Shown: in pieces, positions 19,329 to 29,620 of the stretch | How the letters are laid out: the number at the start of each line of letters is the position of its first letter | How positions within the stretch are numbered: the stretch's first letter is position 1 | The notes under the pieces: generated by a model | Told to the model about the DNA's origin: nothing | The model's input: the letters and a program-made list of their open reading frames with translations, nothing else | The model's database searches: none | Position numbers and translations under genes: made by a program | Origin: an uncultured candidate division Zixibacteria bacterium | Lineage (GTDB): Bacteria > Zixibacteria > MSB-5A5 > GN15 > PGXB01 | Assembly (NCBI GenBank): GCA_963702205.1 | Contig: OY969724.1 | Location: 832,001 to 896,000, forward strand | DNA length: 64,000 nt | Direction: 5' to 3'

Positions 19329-22258
19329 AGAATTTTCAGTGACATCATGAATTCATCGGATGGTACTCGTCCCTTTTCAAAGGCCGCGGCGTAGCCTATA
19401 GAATATGTAAGTCTTAAATGCGAAAGTAATTGAAAACGGAAATCCAGCTGGGCACCCAGATTGGCCACTTTTCGACGGAATTCGCTGCTTCCGATATTCG
19501 TTATTATTCCCGACGTAAAAAGCGCCGGCCTCACCCAGGTGCAGTACAACGCCTGGCCGCCAAGCCGCCTTAAGCGCAAGGGCGGCAGATTCCATTCGAT
19601 TATTGCTTTATAAAAATTCGTGCCACCGATAGCGTTCAATTCCGTCCCGGGAAACGAATAGTACTGCCGATATCTTTTTTCATATCTGTAATCGACCCAA
19701 TTATTTCCAAACCCGCCAAAATAGAAATTGGCGAATGGCTGGCGGTGTTCGCCCGGGGAATAGCCCACCCACTGCCGCAGCCAGATTGAGGAATGATAGA
19801 ATAATTTAACCCCGAGGTCGAGCTGTGTATGAGAAAGCGGGTATACCCTTTTATTGACATAGTTCGTGTTTATATCAACATTCCATTGCATACCTTTTTC
19901 ATAATCAACAGCTCCAAGAGTCGCTACCATATTTGAATAATTCAATCCGATATCGGCGTTAATAAATTTGTCATAGGTTGTTGCGATGTTCTGATAGTCC
20001 GGAAGGCGTTCCAAACCGCCATAACCGGTAAGACTAAAATTCAGGTCCAACGTTTTGGGTTCTTCATAAATCAGGGATTTGTCGTGATTGATACCAAGGG
20101 AATACCCTTTGCGGCTGGTTTTAGTCGGACCAAACAGGTCATAGAAGTCGGCTGCGTTGTACTTAAAATTTATCTTCCAGTTTAATTTCGAATAGTTGGC
20201 TTTGACATGCCACTTTTGATTCATATTCAAACTCTGCGCCGGCGAAAAAGTTGCGGCCAGGTCCAACCTGTTCATATTCATAGGGTCGGCAATGTCCATT
20301 CTTAATCCTGCAGCCGTATATACATCGTACCCTTCTACGATAGGATAGAGAGATGTTGGACGTACATGTGCAATGGCCCGATAATCCCGGTTTTTCACGG
20401 TCATTGAATCGAGGTTAATCCGCGCAGGTGAACCGACCATCCAGTTTTTAAGTTCCGGATATTTATTGACGGTCATTGTCCCGAGGTACACCGTAGGACT
20501 GACGTCTTCAAGAGCCTTTTCTTCAATAACGGCGGGCACAAAACCCTGGCCCGTATAACAAAATACTATTAGTGAATCATAATCGATTGGAATTGGGTGG
20601 AAAAATCCCGTTTCGCAATTGCTGAGACAGTCCATTGAATCGAGGTCGAGGTCATAACGAAAAATATTGGAAACACCCGTATAATAAGACGACCCGTAAA
20701 GTCTCCGGCCGTCATCGGAAAATACGAATCCTTCCGGGTTGCTGTTTCCAAAATCATAAAGCTCATGGTAGGTCGAGTCACCGGACATTAAACTATCGAC
20801 ATTCATGATTACCAGCGACTGCCACCCGTTGATTTTGGCTAATGCTCCCGATAGATGACTGCCATCATGTGAAATATCAAGGTCATAGATATCATAGCCG
20901 TACGATAACGGCCATATGAGATTCCATTCGTGATAGGGATATGGGATTCGAACAATGCTCGATATACCGTTGGTATGGCGAACCCCCCAGAGAGAGCTAT
21001 CGGAATAATTAAAGGCCAGATCACCTATTCGGGCATCTTTTAATAACGTCTTTTTCCTGCCGCTACCAATATTTACTACTACAAGATCGCGCCAGGAATA
21101 ATTGTCTTCGGTGAAAAATATATTTCCAGTCGTTGAATCGTAAGCGACAGAAGATACGAAAAACAAAGCGGGCCCCTTAATATCACAAATCTTACGGATT
21201 TCCTTTGTATTCAGGTCAATCGAAGCGACCTGACCGAATTCGCCCGGGTAATTGACTGCGACCATAATTTGCCCCCTGCTGCGATCATAAAATCCTCGTG
21301 AAACCGACCCAAGGCCTCTATCGGTCAGTAATTCATAGTCGGTGGTCGGATAAGTATGAATGGAATCGAGGTTAGTTTCCTGAAATTCATGTTCCCAATC
21401 GATCCATTTCTGCCACTCGTCGTCAAGTGATGTCCAGAAAGTCTTTTTGAATTGACTCGCAAAATAGCTATTGCTGCCGTTTGTTCGGCCAACCCATTCG
21501 ATCAACTTCTCAGGCCCGTATCGATAAGCCAGATAGCAAAAAAAGCGAGTTCCGTGCAAATAGGAATTTACTCCCACATGAAAATCGACCGCAGTGCCCT
21601 CGGCTTCCAGCCCGACCGGGCCATAGAAACCCGCACTATCCCGCACTTTGGTCCGGAAGACCATTTCGTCGTAAGCACCCAGGGCGCGACCGAATCCTCC
21701 GCTCATCCATGTCTCCATGAAAACCGCTATCCCTTCCTGATACCATCTCGGCCCGGATCTTCTTGGTGTAGCCAAGTAATCATAAATCATGGTCTCGGGG
21801 TGTTCAGTTGTGGGCATAATTTTTCCCATAAATAAATGCCTGAAAAATTTATCGCGGCTGCTGGCCTTGTCCATTGCAACGATATGAACCAATTCATGAT
21901 TCATCAGCGTGTTCATTCGTTCGTTGACCGGAACCGTTTCATAGGCATAGTTAAACGGCGAAATATCAACCATAATTAAATTTTCAGGAACATTCTTGGC
22001 TCCGCCGTTACCGTAATCCGTAAAGTCGTGAAGAAAGATGGTGATTTTTTCCGAGGATTTGTAATCCCATAGTCTTGAATGAAATTGATAGGAGTTTTCA
22101 AAACACCGGGCCAAATGCGGTGCAAGATATGACGAAAGATAATCAAAATAGATCAATCGTAGATTATCCGTTTCAAGACATTTCAGTTGTGCCATTGAAC
22201 TTGTTGCAATGACTAATAAAAAGAAAAGTGCCGTTAGGATTTTATAAATTCTTGACAT
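19325..22258 (-). CDS. Secreted/outer-membrane protein: gluzincin-like peptidase domain, TolB-like propeller, probable C-terminal beta-barrel
   Basis: Signal peptide; HELVH and WYQEGIA; propeller-like middle (DISHDG, FSDDG, GVSNIF); alternating aromatic strands and FYFGG at the C-terminus. Confidence 0.7.
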   Translation of the reverse strand: MSRIYKILTALFFLLVIATSSMAQLKCLETDNLRLIYFDYLSSYLAPHLARCFENSYQFHSRLWDYKSSEKITIFLHDFTDYGNGGAKNVPENLIMVDISPFNYAYETVPVNERMNTLMNHELVHIVAMDKASSRDKFFRHLFMGKIMPTTEHPETMIYDYLATPRRSGPRWYQEGIAVFMETWMSGGFGRALGAYDEMVFRTKVRDSAGFYGPVGLEAEGTAVDFHVGVNSYLHGTRFFCYLAYRYGPEKLIEWVGRTNGSNSYFASQFKKTFWTSLDDEWQKWIDWEHEFQETNLDSIHTYPTTDYELLTDRGLGSVSRGFYDRSRGQIMVAVNYPGEFGQVASIDLNTKEIRKICDIKGPALFFVSSVAYDSTTGNIFFTEDNYSWRDLVVVNIGSGRKKTLLKDARIGDLAFNYSDSSLWGVRHTNGISSIVRIPYPYHEWNLIWPLSYGYDIYDLDISHDGSHLSGALAKINGWQSLVIMNVDSLMSGDSTYHELYDFGNSNPEGFVFSDDGRRLYGSSYYTGVSNIFRYDLDLDSMDCLSNCETGFFHPIPIDYDSLIVFCYTGQGFVPAVIEEKALEDVSPTVYLGTMTVNKYPELKNWMVGSPARINLDSMTVKNRDYRAIAHVRPTSLYPIVEGYDVYTAAGLRMDIADPMNMNRLDLAATFSPAQSLNMNQKWHVKANYSKLNWKINFKYNAADFYDLFGPTKTSRKGYSLGINHDKSLIYEEPKTLDLNFSLTGYGGLERLPDYQNIATTYDKFINADIGLNYSNMVATLGAVDYEKGMQWNVDINTNYVNKRVYPLSHTQLDLGVKLFYHSSIWLRQWVGYSPGEHRQPFANFYFGGFGNNWVDYRYEKRYRQYYSFPGTELNAIGGTNFYKAIIEWNLPPLRLRRLGGQALYCTWVRPALFTSGIITNIGSSEFRRKVANLGAQLDFRFQLLSHLRLTYSIGYAAAFEKGRVPSDEFMMSLKIL

Positions 22259-22284
22259 GCCTTATCCAATGTTATGTACCAGGC

Positions 22285-22318
22285 GAAAGGAGATGCCCGT
22301 TATCAGGCATCTCCTTTC
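22285..22318. terminator. Intra-operon 13-bp perfect hairpin (attenuator or mRNA stabiliser)
   Basis: gaaaggagatgcc-cgttatca-ggcatctcctttc; no clear U-tract. Confidence 0.55.
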
Positions 22319-22381
22319 ATTGGATTGAGAGCCACCCGTTTGGTTCAAATCCAATAGTCCAGCATGAGCACGACTGCTGGG

Positions 22382-23512
22382 TTATCTCATTTCTTCCGCG
22401 TGAACGCTGGCCATTCTGGCGAAATCCGGGATTTTAACCATCTTCGCAAAGCCGGGATCCTGAATCATGCGATCCAAATCCGGGATTTTTACCATGCGAG
22501 CGCACTCCGGCATTTTTATCATTCTGGCGAATGAAGGATCGGCAACCATCCGGGCGAATTCCGTCTTTTCAATCATTCTTGCCATTTCAGGAATTTTCCG
22601 CATTCTGGCGAATTCGGCGTTTTCAGACATTCTCGCCAGGGCCGGAATATGGGCCATCTTGGCCATATCCGAAATCTCGGCCATCTTCATCATTTCCGGA
22701 ATTTTAGCCATTTTTGCAAAGCCCGGCAGTGCCACAATCCTGGCGAATTCAGGAATATTAGCCATTCGAGCGAGTTCCGGCATCTGGATTAATTTCATGG
22801 CTTCAGCATCTTTGGCTATATTGCTGTAAACAGGTTGATTGGTGGCAGCATCATCCAGAGCGCTAATGGCTTCCGGCGTTTTTGACATTCGGGCAAAATC
22901 CGGCATGGCTATCAACTTTACCAGCGAATACCCCCATCTCGAGAATTCGGGACCAATTGATTGGTTTTCAATCAGCCTGGCAAATTCGGGCATGGCCAGC
23001 AATTTGGCGCATTCCGGCATTTTGACCATCCGTGCCATATCGGCATCTTTGATTAATTTGTCGAATTGTTCCAGATTGGCCAGTCTCATCATTTGTGGGT
23101 CCTGAAGCATCCGTGCCATTTCCGGATTTTCCAGCATTTTGGCCATGTTGCCCATCTCAAGGGATTTTACAAACTCGGGAGTCTGCACCATGCTGGCGAA
23201 TTCCGGAAGGGCGACTAATTTGGCAAATCCCGGGTCCGCCATCATCTTTTGAAAATCGGTGTTCTCCAACAGAGCCAGAAATTGATCATCCTGGAGCAAC
23301 TTCTGTACGTCGGGATCATTTAGAATTACGCTTTCGTCAGTCATCTGTTCGGCCCGATACCTGTCGGATGCACCTATTGTGCCCTGAAGGTTTTCTTCCC
23401 TGGGCATGAAGCTCACAACGGCGACAACGGCGATGATTACCACGACAACAGCTATGCCGCCGAAAATGATTCCTTTTTTGCCCTTGGCGGGCATACCACT
23501 GGTTGACTCCAT
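22382..23512 (-). CDS. Membrane-anchored Met-rich protein built of 9-aa repeats (consensus about PEFARMxxI)
   Basis: N-terminal TM helix, GTIGASDRYRAEQ linker, about 30 imperfect nonamers; RBS GGAGGT. Confidence 0.85.
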   Translation of the reverse strand: MESTSGMPAKGKKGIIFGGIAVVVVIIAVVAVVSFMPREENLQGTIGASDRYRAEQMTDESVILNDPDVQKLLQDDQFLALLENTDFQKMMADPGFAKLVALPEFASMVQTPEFVKSLEMGNMAKMLENPEMARMLQDPQMMRLANLEQFDKLIKDADMARMVKMPECAKLLAMPEFARLIENQSIGPEFSRWGYSLVKLIAMPDFARMSKTPEAISALDDAATNQPVYSNIAKDAEAMKLIQMPELARMANIPEFARIVALPGFAKMAKIPEMMKMAEISDMAKMAHIPALARMSENAEFARMRKIPEMARMIEKTEFARMVADPSFARMIKMPECARMVKIPDLDRMIQDPGFAKMVKIPDFARMASVHAEEMR

Positions 23513-23635
23513 AATTACCTCCGAATAGTTATGGCGTTTACGGTTCGATTAGTCTTTAGTGTTTAGCCTAAATACCAGCGTGCTCAAGGAAAGTTTGTGA
23601 AGTTTCATCCGGGCTCTTATCTATTCAGCAAGAAA

Positions 23636-24433
23636 TTAATCAAGAGCCAGTGATGAAGTATAAACCACGTTGTCTGAAGTGCCTGATTTTACGAGAAAGT
23701 CGATCGAGGACTTCCCTTCCGATATTTTCTTAAAAGTTATGCCGAAATCTCCGGCATCGATGTTTCTTATTGTTATCCCCTTATCATCAACCTCCAGTCT
23801 GTTTTCCGATATATATTTTGGTGCCGTGGATATTTCTATCGGTGAGAATACATTCGGGTCGAATTTGACGGTATATGTAACAGGGGAGCCACCGCTAATA
23901 TTAACTTCTGTCCTGACAATGCCCTCTGTTCTAACCACCCTGAAACTGCCCGATACATCGGCACGATTGAAATGCTCGTCTTTTATGATATTGTCTAAAT
24001 TTTCTGAGGGAGCCTCCGAGATAATAGTCCCGGTCAGGATATTTTTGTCAAACGCGGAAGGGCTATGGAATATCCCGGCATAAAGCGCCAAAATCAATGC
24101 CCCGCATAAAACCCCACCGGCGAAAGATAAAGCAAAGCCTGCTCTATAGCCAAGAACGTAAGGGCGCAAGGTGTCAAATATTGATTTCTTTCGAGCCCGT
24201 GAATAACGATCGGCATCTATTGACCGCATGATGCCAGCTTTCAAATCCGGGGGTGGCGCTACTTCTTCAGCCGTTTTGATAATATCCACGGTTTGCCTGA
24301 ATCGACCGTATATCACACGAGCTTCTTCGCTATCGACCAGGATGCTCCTGAGCTTCCTTAGATCATCCGGTGATATTGTGCCGTCGATTTCCTCGTTGAT
24401 CAGGCGATATAATATATTATTGCTATCATCCAT
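23636..24433 (-). CDS. Putative membrane anti-sigma factor
   Basis: Overlaps the ECF sigma stop; N-terminal IDGTIS..L..IL..PPPDLKAGIM, one TM helix, beta-rich extracytoplasmic domain. Confidence 0.75.
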   Translation of the reverse strand: MDDSNNILYRLINEEIDGTISPDDLRKLRSILVDSEEARVIYGRFRQTVDIIKTAEEVAPPPDLKAGIMRSIDADRYSRARKKSIFDTLRPYVLGYRAGFALSFAGGVLCGALILALYAGIFHSPSAFDKNILTGTIISEAPSENLDNIIKDEHFNRADVSGSFRVVRTEGIVRTEVNISGGSPVTYTVKFDPNVFSPIEISTAPKYISENRLEVDDKGITIRNIDAGDFGITFKKISEGKSSIDFLVKSGTSDNVVYTSSLALD

Positions 24434-24974
24434 AAGTCACCAGCCCTCTTTTTGTCATAATATCAGCCAACAGTCGCCGCGCAGTATATAATCTCGATTT
24501 AACTTTATTTTCCTCTATTCCCAGGATGTATCCAATATCCCGGTAGGGCAGGTCAACCCAGTGCCTGAAAATAATGACCAGACGATATTCGAGGGGGAGT
24601 TCTGCCAGCGCTTTGTCTACGTGGCCGGACAGCTTTTTCCTGTCATAGATCACTTCCGGGGTTTCCGTCGAGGCGATTTGTTCGGGATCGATGGCCGTTT
24701 GTTTTTTGCGCTTATCCATAAAGTTTAGTGCTTCGTTTACCGTCATTTTGTAAATCCAACTGAAAAACTTGTAATGAAAGTCAAATATCTCCAGTTTTTC
24801 GAAGGCTTTGACAAATACTGCCTGCGTAACGTCCCGGGCGTCTTCAAAATCCCCCACGATTTTCAGAGCGGCGTTAAAAACGGGCTTTTCGTATTTCTCA
24901 ATCAGCCTTTCAAATGCTTTGCTGTCTCCATTTAAGCAATTTTGGACCAGTTCATTGTCTTCTTTATCCAACAT
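24426..24974 (-). CDS. ECF RNA polymerase sigma factor
   Basis: DARDVTQAVF, FFSWIYK, LPYRDIG..VKSRLYTARR; probable start MLDKEDNELV. Confidence 0.92.
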   Translation of the reverse strand: MLDKEDNELVQNCLNGDSKAFERLIEKYEKPVFNAALKIVGDFEDARDVTQAVFVKAFEKLEIFDFHYKFFSWIYKMTVNEALNFMDKRKKQTAIDPEQIASTETPEVIYDRKKLSGHVDKALAELPLEYRLVIIFRHWVDLPYRDIGYILGIEENKVKSRLYTARRLLADIMTKRGLVTYG

Positions 24975-25223
24975 AACTACCGGCAATGAGCAATAAAGTT
25001 GATGAAAAAATTGATTGTCGCCTCCTCCCCAAATGCATCGGTTCCATATCGCGCAGTCTGAACGGCTTGCGCCGTTATATTGCATGGAACATGCTAGACT
25101 ACAATAAATTAAAATGGGAGAAGAAAAGTCAAGAATATTGTTAGTGATTCATCGGCTACCCGAAAAGGCCGGTGCCTATGTGCTTGAATTAAAGTCAGTT
25201 AAAGGACCGGGCCGACGCTGCGT

Positions 25224-25508
25224 TTATTCAATGTCGAATATCTGGTCCATGCCGGCATATCGAAAAACATCACGGATATGTTTATTCATGTTTATCATTT
25301 TAATCGTGTGACCGGATTCCTCGAGACGTTTTCGTGCGACAAGGAATATCCCCAGACCGGCGCTGGAAATGTAATCGAGTTTTTCAAAATCGACTGTAAA
25401 TGACTCATTGAGTTGATCGAGCACCGTGCCGGCTTTAGACGTCTGGGAGGCATCTAACCGGCCCGATACACGGACTATGCCTTCTTCAGCAACGGATATT
25501 TCAAACAT
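25224..25508 (-). CDS. STAS anti-anti-sigma factor
   Basis: VSGRLDA, LDYISSAGLG. Confidence 0.9.
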   Translation of the reverse strand: MFEISVAEEGIVRVSGRLDASQTSKAGTVLDQLNESFTVDFEKLDYISSAGLGIFLVARKRLEESGHTIKMINMNKHIRDVFRYAGMDQIFDIE

Positions 25509-25911
25509 CTTCAGGCTCCAGACTTTTTTTCAATATTATTGTATTCTGTCCGTTTTTGTAAAAATACTCCATCGAATCCATCAATTGTCGTACCAGATGA
25601 ATCCCAAGACCGCCGACCTTTCGATTTTGAAGCGGCGTATTTACCTGTACTTCCGGAATGGTGTCAGGATCAAATTCGGGACCGGCGTCGACAATTTTAA
25701 GTTCCAGATACTTACCCTTATGCTCAATGGATATTGAAATATAATCCTGACCGGATCGATTGTATTTTATGCAGTTGGTTATTAATTCTTCCGCGGCAAG
25801 ACTGATCGGAAAAGAGATTGGATCGTGGATATTATACTCCGAAAAAAAATTCTGCAAAAATTCGAAAAGCTGACCTATTTTGTCAAGCGATCTGGGTAGT
25901 TTCTTTTCCAT
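25501..25911 (-). CDS. RsbW-like anti-sigma Ser/Thr kinase (HATPase_c)
   Basis: EELITNCIKY, DAGPEFDP, GGLGIHLV. Confidence 0.9.
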   Translation of the reverse strand: MEKKLPRSLDKIGQLFEFLQNFFSEYNIHDPISFPISLAAEELITNCIKYNRSGQDYISISIEHKGKYLELKIVDAGPEFDPDTIPEVQVNTPLQNRKVGGLGIHLVRQLMDSMEYFYKNGQNTIILKKSLEPEDV

Positions 25912-26080
25912 TACACCGTTCAAGCAGTTGAGTTTCTTGTGCAAACCGATTCTTGTTTTATAATCAACGACCAAATCGATAAATAAACAATTAGAAAATT
26001 ATGTTTGACTCCATATGAATATGAAGGGGGAGGTTTTTGACAATGACATAACAGCAAAACACCTATCCATGTGCTCCTAT

Positions 26081-26178
26081 TTTAGCAGGAATCTTCTAAA
26101 ATCATCAATAAAGGGACGCTTTTTTTATATCCGGTTTATTTCAGTTTACATACGCAAAATACCCCGGTTAATGGATTG
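26081..26178. repeat. Dispersed intergenic repeat, copy 3
   Basis: tctaaaatcatcaataaagggacgctttttttatatccggttt. Confidence 0.85.
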
Positions 26179-26252
26179 TCATGCAAAATGAAATATCGTC
26201 GAATTAAATAGCGTTCTTTTCAGAATGCCTCAAAAAAGCTGCTTCCAATAAT

Positions 26253-26279
26253 AAAGGCCCCGAAGAGTCGGGGCCTTTT
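26253..26279 (-). terminator. Rho-independent terminator (possibly bidirectional)
   Basis: aaaggccccga-agag-tcggggcctttt just after the stop at 26300. Confidence 0.75.
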
Positions 26280-26299
26280 GGATAAGGTATAAATGTCCG

Positions 26300-29200
26300 C
26301 TATTTCCTTAACGGTCCGCCGCAGGAGCCGAGCCACCTGTCACAGGAGCATGGGGCCGGTCCTGGCGGGCTGTTATAAAGATTAGCAATCATATAGAGAA
26401 TATCAATCAGGTCCACCTGACAATCGCAGTTGACGTCTCCGGAACAGATACGGTACGGAACCGGAGGTGGTCCGGCCGGTGATCCGTATTTATAAGCTAT
26501 GACGTACAGTATGTCGACCAGGTTAAACGTTCCGTCATTGTTGGCATCGCCGGGCATGCAGTCGCACGGCGACGGATCGCCGGTGATAACAAATGACAGA
26601 TCCATGGAAACGTCGAAGAGAGGCGGTTTGTGCAAATCGACCCAGAGGTCTACGTCGGCTCCGCCCTGGTTGACTCGAACCGGGCCGCCCTGGGTTGTAC
26701 CACCGAATCCTTCGAGGGCCGAACCGGGTGCCCCGGAAAATTCAATCTGGTAGGTAATGTCGAAGAAGCTGTCCACACGCCAGTTGCCACCGTACAGCCT
26801 GGTAAGTGTGGTGTGACCGGGCGACGGTAATCCGAAGTCATTACCGGCTCTTAATTGGAGAAGATCAAAGTCGGGATCGCCGAACAGGCCGCCTCCGGTC
26901 AGGTTCATACTGAGAATTTCGGTCGGGATTTCCTGGTGAATGGGATCGGGTGGGAAGTCCGGAATCCTGACCACAAAATCGGTTGAAGTAGAAATTGATC
27001 TGGCGAACGTAGGCAAAGCCCCGGTGCCCTGCATTATGAGATTGGTTTGTGCCGTAAAGCTGACAATCTTCTCACCCGGTTTAGAGCCATCCTGGACGAC
27101 TACGTTTGTGAAGTTGTCGAAGGTCGGTCTGACTTCTATAGTAGTTCCCTCCGGCAATCCATTCGAAATAACCATAGGGCTATCGGCCGGGAAGAAAGGA
27201 CAAGGCGCCGGGAAGTCGATCGTCCCAGCTCCGTTATCGGGATCAACACAAACGTCGGAGGTTGTCAGGCCCCAGGCGGCATCGTCGTTGAATTGCTCGA
27301 TCGACGATTTCCATCCCCAGCGTTCAGGAGTGGCCTGATCTTCGGGGATGGCTGAGATGTCCAGCCAATAGATTGTTCCCTGATCCTGCCAGAACCATTG
27401 GTCTTTCTTCAAATATATATCGGTACTGATAGTACTGCTGATGGTTGTCGGGAATGAAGACCTGGGTGGCCGGGTCATAAAAGCCCTCGAACGATTCATG
27501 CGACAGCGGGGTCGTATTGAAATCGCTGATGGTGTATTCCCAGAGGAGTTTGCCGGGTCGGCTGTACGGAATACCATCGGTACCGGCCGGAATATCTTCG
27601 TGAATACTGACGGAGAAAGCAGCTATTATTCCGGGCTGGCCGTCGAGCCATGAACCCCAGAAGTGTATGTCCTTAACCCAACCGGTCTCCGAACATTGCC
27701 AATCGTCGGCCAGAACTTCGGGGAAGGTGGCATTGACATCCCAGCCGAGCGTATCCGGAAGCTGCGGGAAGTGCATCTTGTGGGGATCACCGGGATTCCA
27801 GGTTTCGCAGGCGTCGTCCATGCCGTTGCCGTTATTGTCGCCCAGGCAGGTACTGCCGGCACCGTGCCAGGTACCGCCTACGGCAAGACAATCGTTTTCG
27901 AGCATTATGGCGCAGGCGCCGTCCTGTGTGCAGCAGGCACCTTCCTGAGGTTCACAGGCATCATCGACGCCATCGCCGTCAAGATCACCGAGACATGAGG
28001 TCCCGTCACCCTGATAGACGCCGCCGCGGTTAATGCAGTCGGTTTCGGTAAATACGAGACATGTACCATCGGGCAGACAGCAGGCACCGAATGGCGGGTC
28101 TTCACAAGCGTCGTCGATACCGTTGGCCGGGCTGACGTCACCCGCGCACGAAGTTCCATCACCCTTGTATGTTCCGCCCTTGTTGGCGCAATCGGTTGGA
28201 TTGAATACGAAACAGCTTCCATCCGGCAAACAACAGGCTCCGAATGGCGGGTCTTCGCAGGCATCGTCGATTCCGTTGGCCGGGCTGATATCGCCCTGAC
28301 AGCTCGTTCCGTCTCCCTTGTATGATCCGCCCGATGCATCGCAGTCCGCTTCCGGCACGACGGAACAGGTTCCATCCTGGAAACAGCACGCCCCGGTTGG
28401 CGGGGTGTTTGGATCGCCGGTAACCACGAAAGCCAGATCGAGCGAAACCGGGTCGCCTTTACAATCGTGTACAATAACACCGTTTTGTATGTTGAAATTT
28501 CGCCCCCGGACGTCTATCGACACCCATTCCGGATTATAGTCGGGCAGCGTAATATCGAATGAATAATGGCCCCCAAACGTTGTTTCGGAAAGCAGGACCT
28601 GTCTTCCTATGTAAAGCGCCTCATCCTCACCGGGCAAAGGAGGAGCGCTGTCGGAAGGCAGCTGGTCGATCGACCAGGCATCGGTAGACCAGTTGATGGC
28701 CAGCTCCAGCGTTGGCGGCAGTCCCGGATCGATTACGAAGGCATCGAATTCGATGTGAGCTTCTTTATATCGATCGGGATCAAAAGGATGATCATAAAAC
28801 CAGATATTTTTCCAGTTCGACGGATAATCGTACCAACCGTCGCCGTAAAAATCAGTGCCGGTGGCGCTGGTTGTAGTGCCTGATGGGTCGACCGAAATGG
28901 AAAAATTATTTATCTTTGGGCCGGCCGATCCGGACCCCGGTTCATAAAGCTCGGTCCAGTTTTCGTTATCGGCCAACGCCCAGACAGCATCATCGTTAAA
29001 ATGATTCATGGTCGATTTCCAGCCCCATTTCGCATTATTGGGACTGGCCGTCACCGCGCTGATGCTCAGCCAGTAAACTGTCCCCTGCTCCTGTGGAAAC
29101 CAGTCGGTTTGATCGAGACAATAATTGTAGAAGAAGTATTGTTGATGATTGTTGTTCAGGATTTCACCGGTGGTCGGGTCGAACCATCCTTCAAACGATT

Positions 29201-29582
29201 GGGAAGTGTATATGATTCCGTCAAATCCGGGGATGTCCCTTTCCCACAGCAGAGCGCCGGGGTGGCTATATATGCCCGCCGCCGGATCGCCGGGGATATC
29301 TTCATAAATTTTTATGACGAAGCTGTTTATGACATCCTGAACTCCGTTACGCCAGGATCCCCACCAGTGGATATCCTTGATATACCCGGTCTCGGAGCAC
29401 TGCCAGTCATCGGCGAGCACGACCGGATAGGTGGCGTTAACATCCCAGCCAAAGGTGTCCGGCAGTTGGGGATAGTGCATTTTGTAAGGATCCCCTTCCT
29501 GCCAGAAGCAGTTGGCCTGGGCCATGACGCTGGCGCCAAGCAACAGCAGAATAAGGCACCAACCAAAACTCCTTTTTGTCAT
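26300..29582 (-). CDS. About 1093-aa secreted dockerin protein with two KMHxPQLPD..ADDWxC domains and four GACC Cys-rich repeats; +1 frameshift at 27422
   Basis: ORFs 27324..29582 and 26300..27577 join when one G is removed from GGTACT (27422-27427), giving QQYYQYDIYLKKDQWF, parallel to domain 1 QQYFFYNYCLDQTDWF; C-terminal GDANND and GDVNCD dockerin. Confidence 0.85.
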
Positions 29583-29620
29583 TTCTTCCTCCTGAAGTTT
29601 GTTTATTTAGGTTCTATTGC

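Noticed and set aside
23570..23610. SigW-like ECF promoter upstream of the repeat-protein gene
   Set aside because: TGAAAC and CAAAC-N16-GGTA matches are imperfect; too weak to call without alignment to homologous loci
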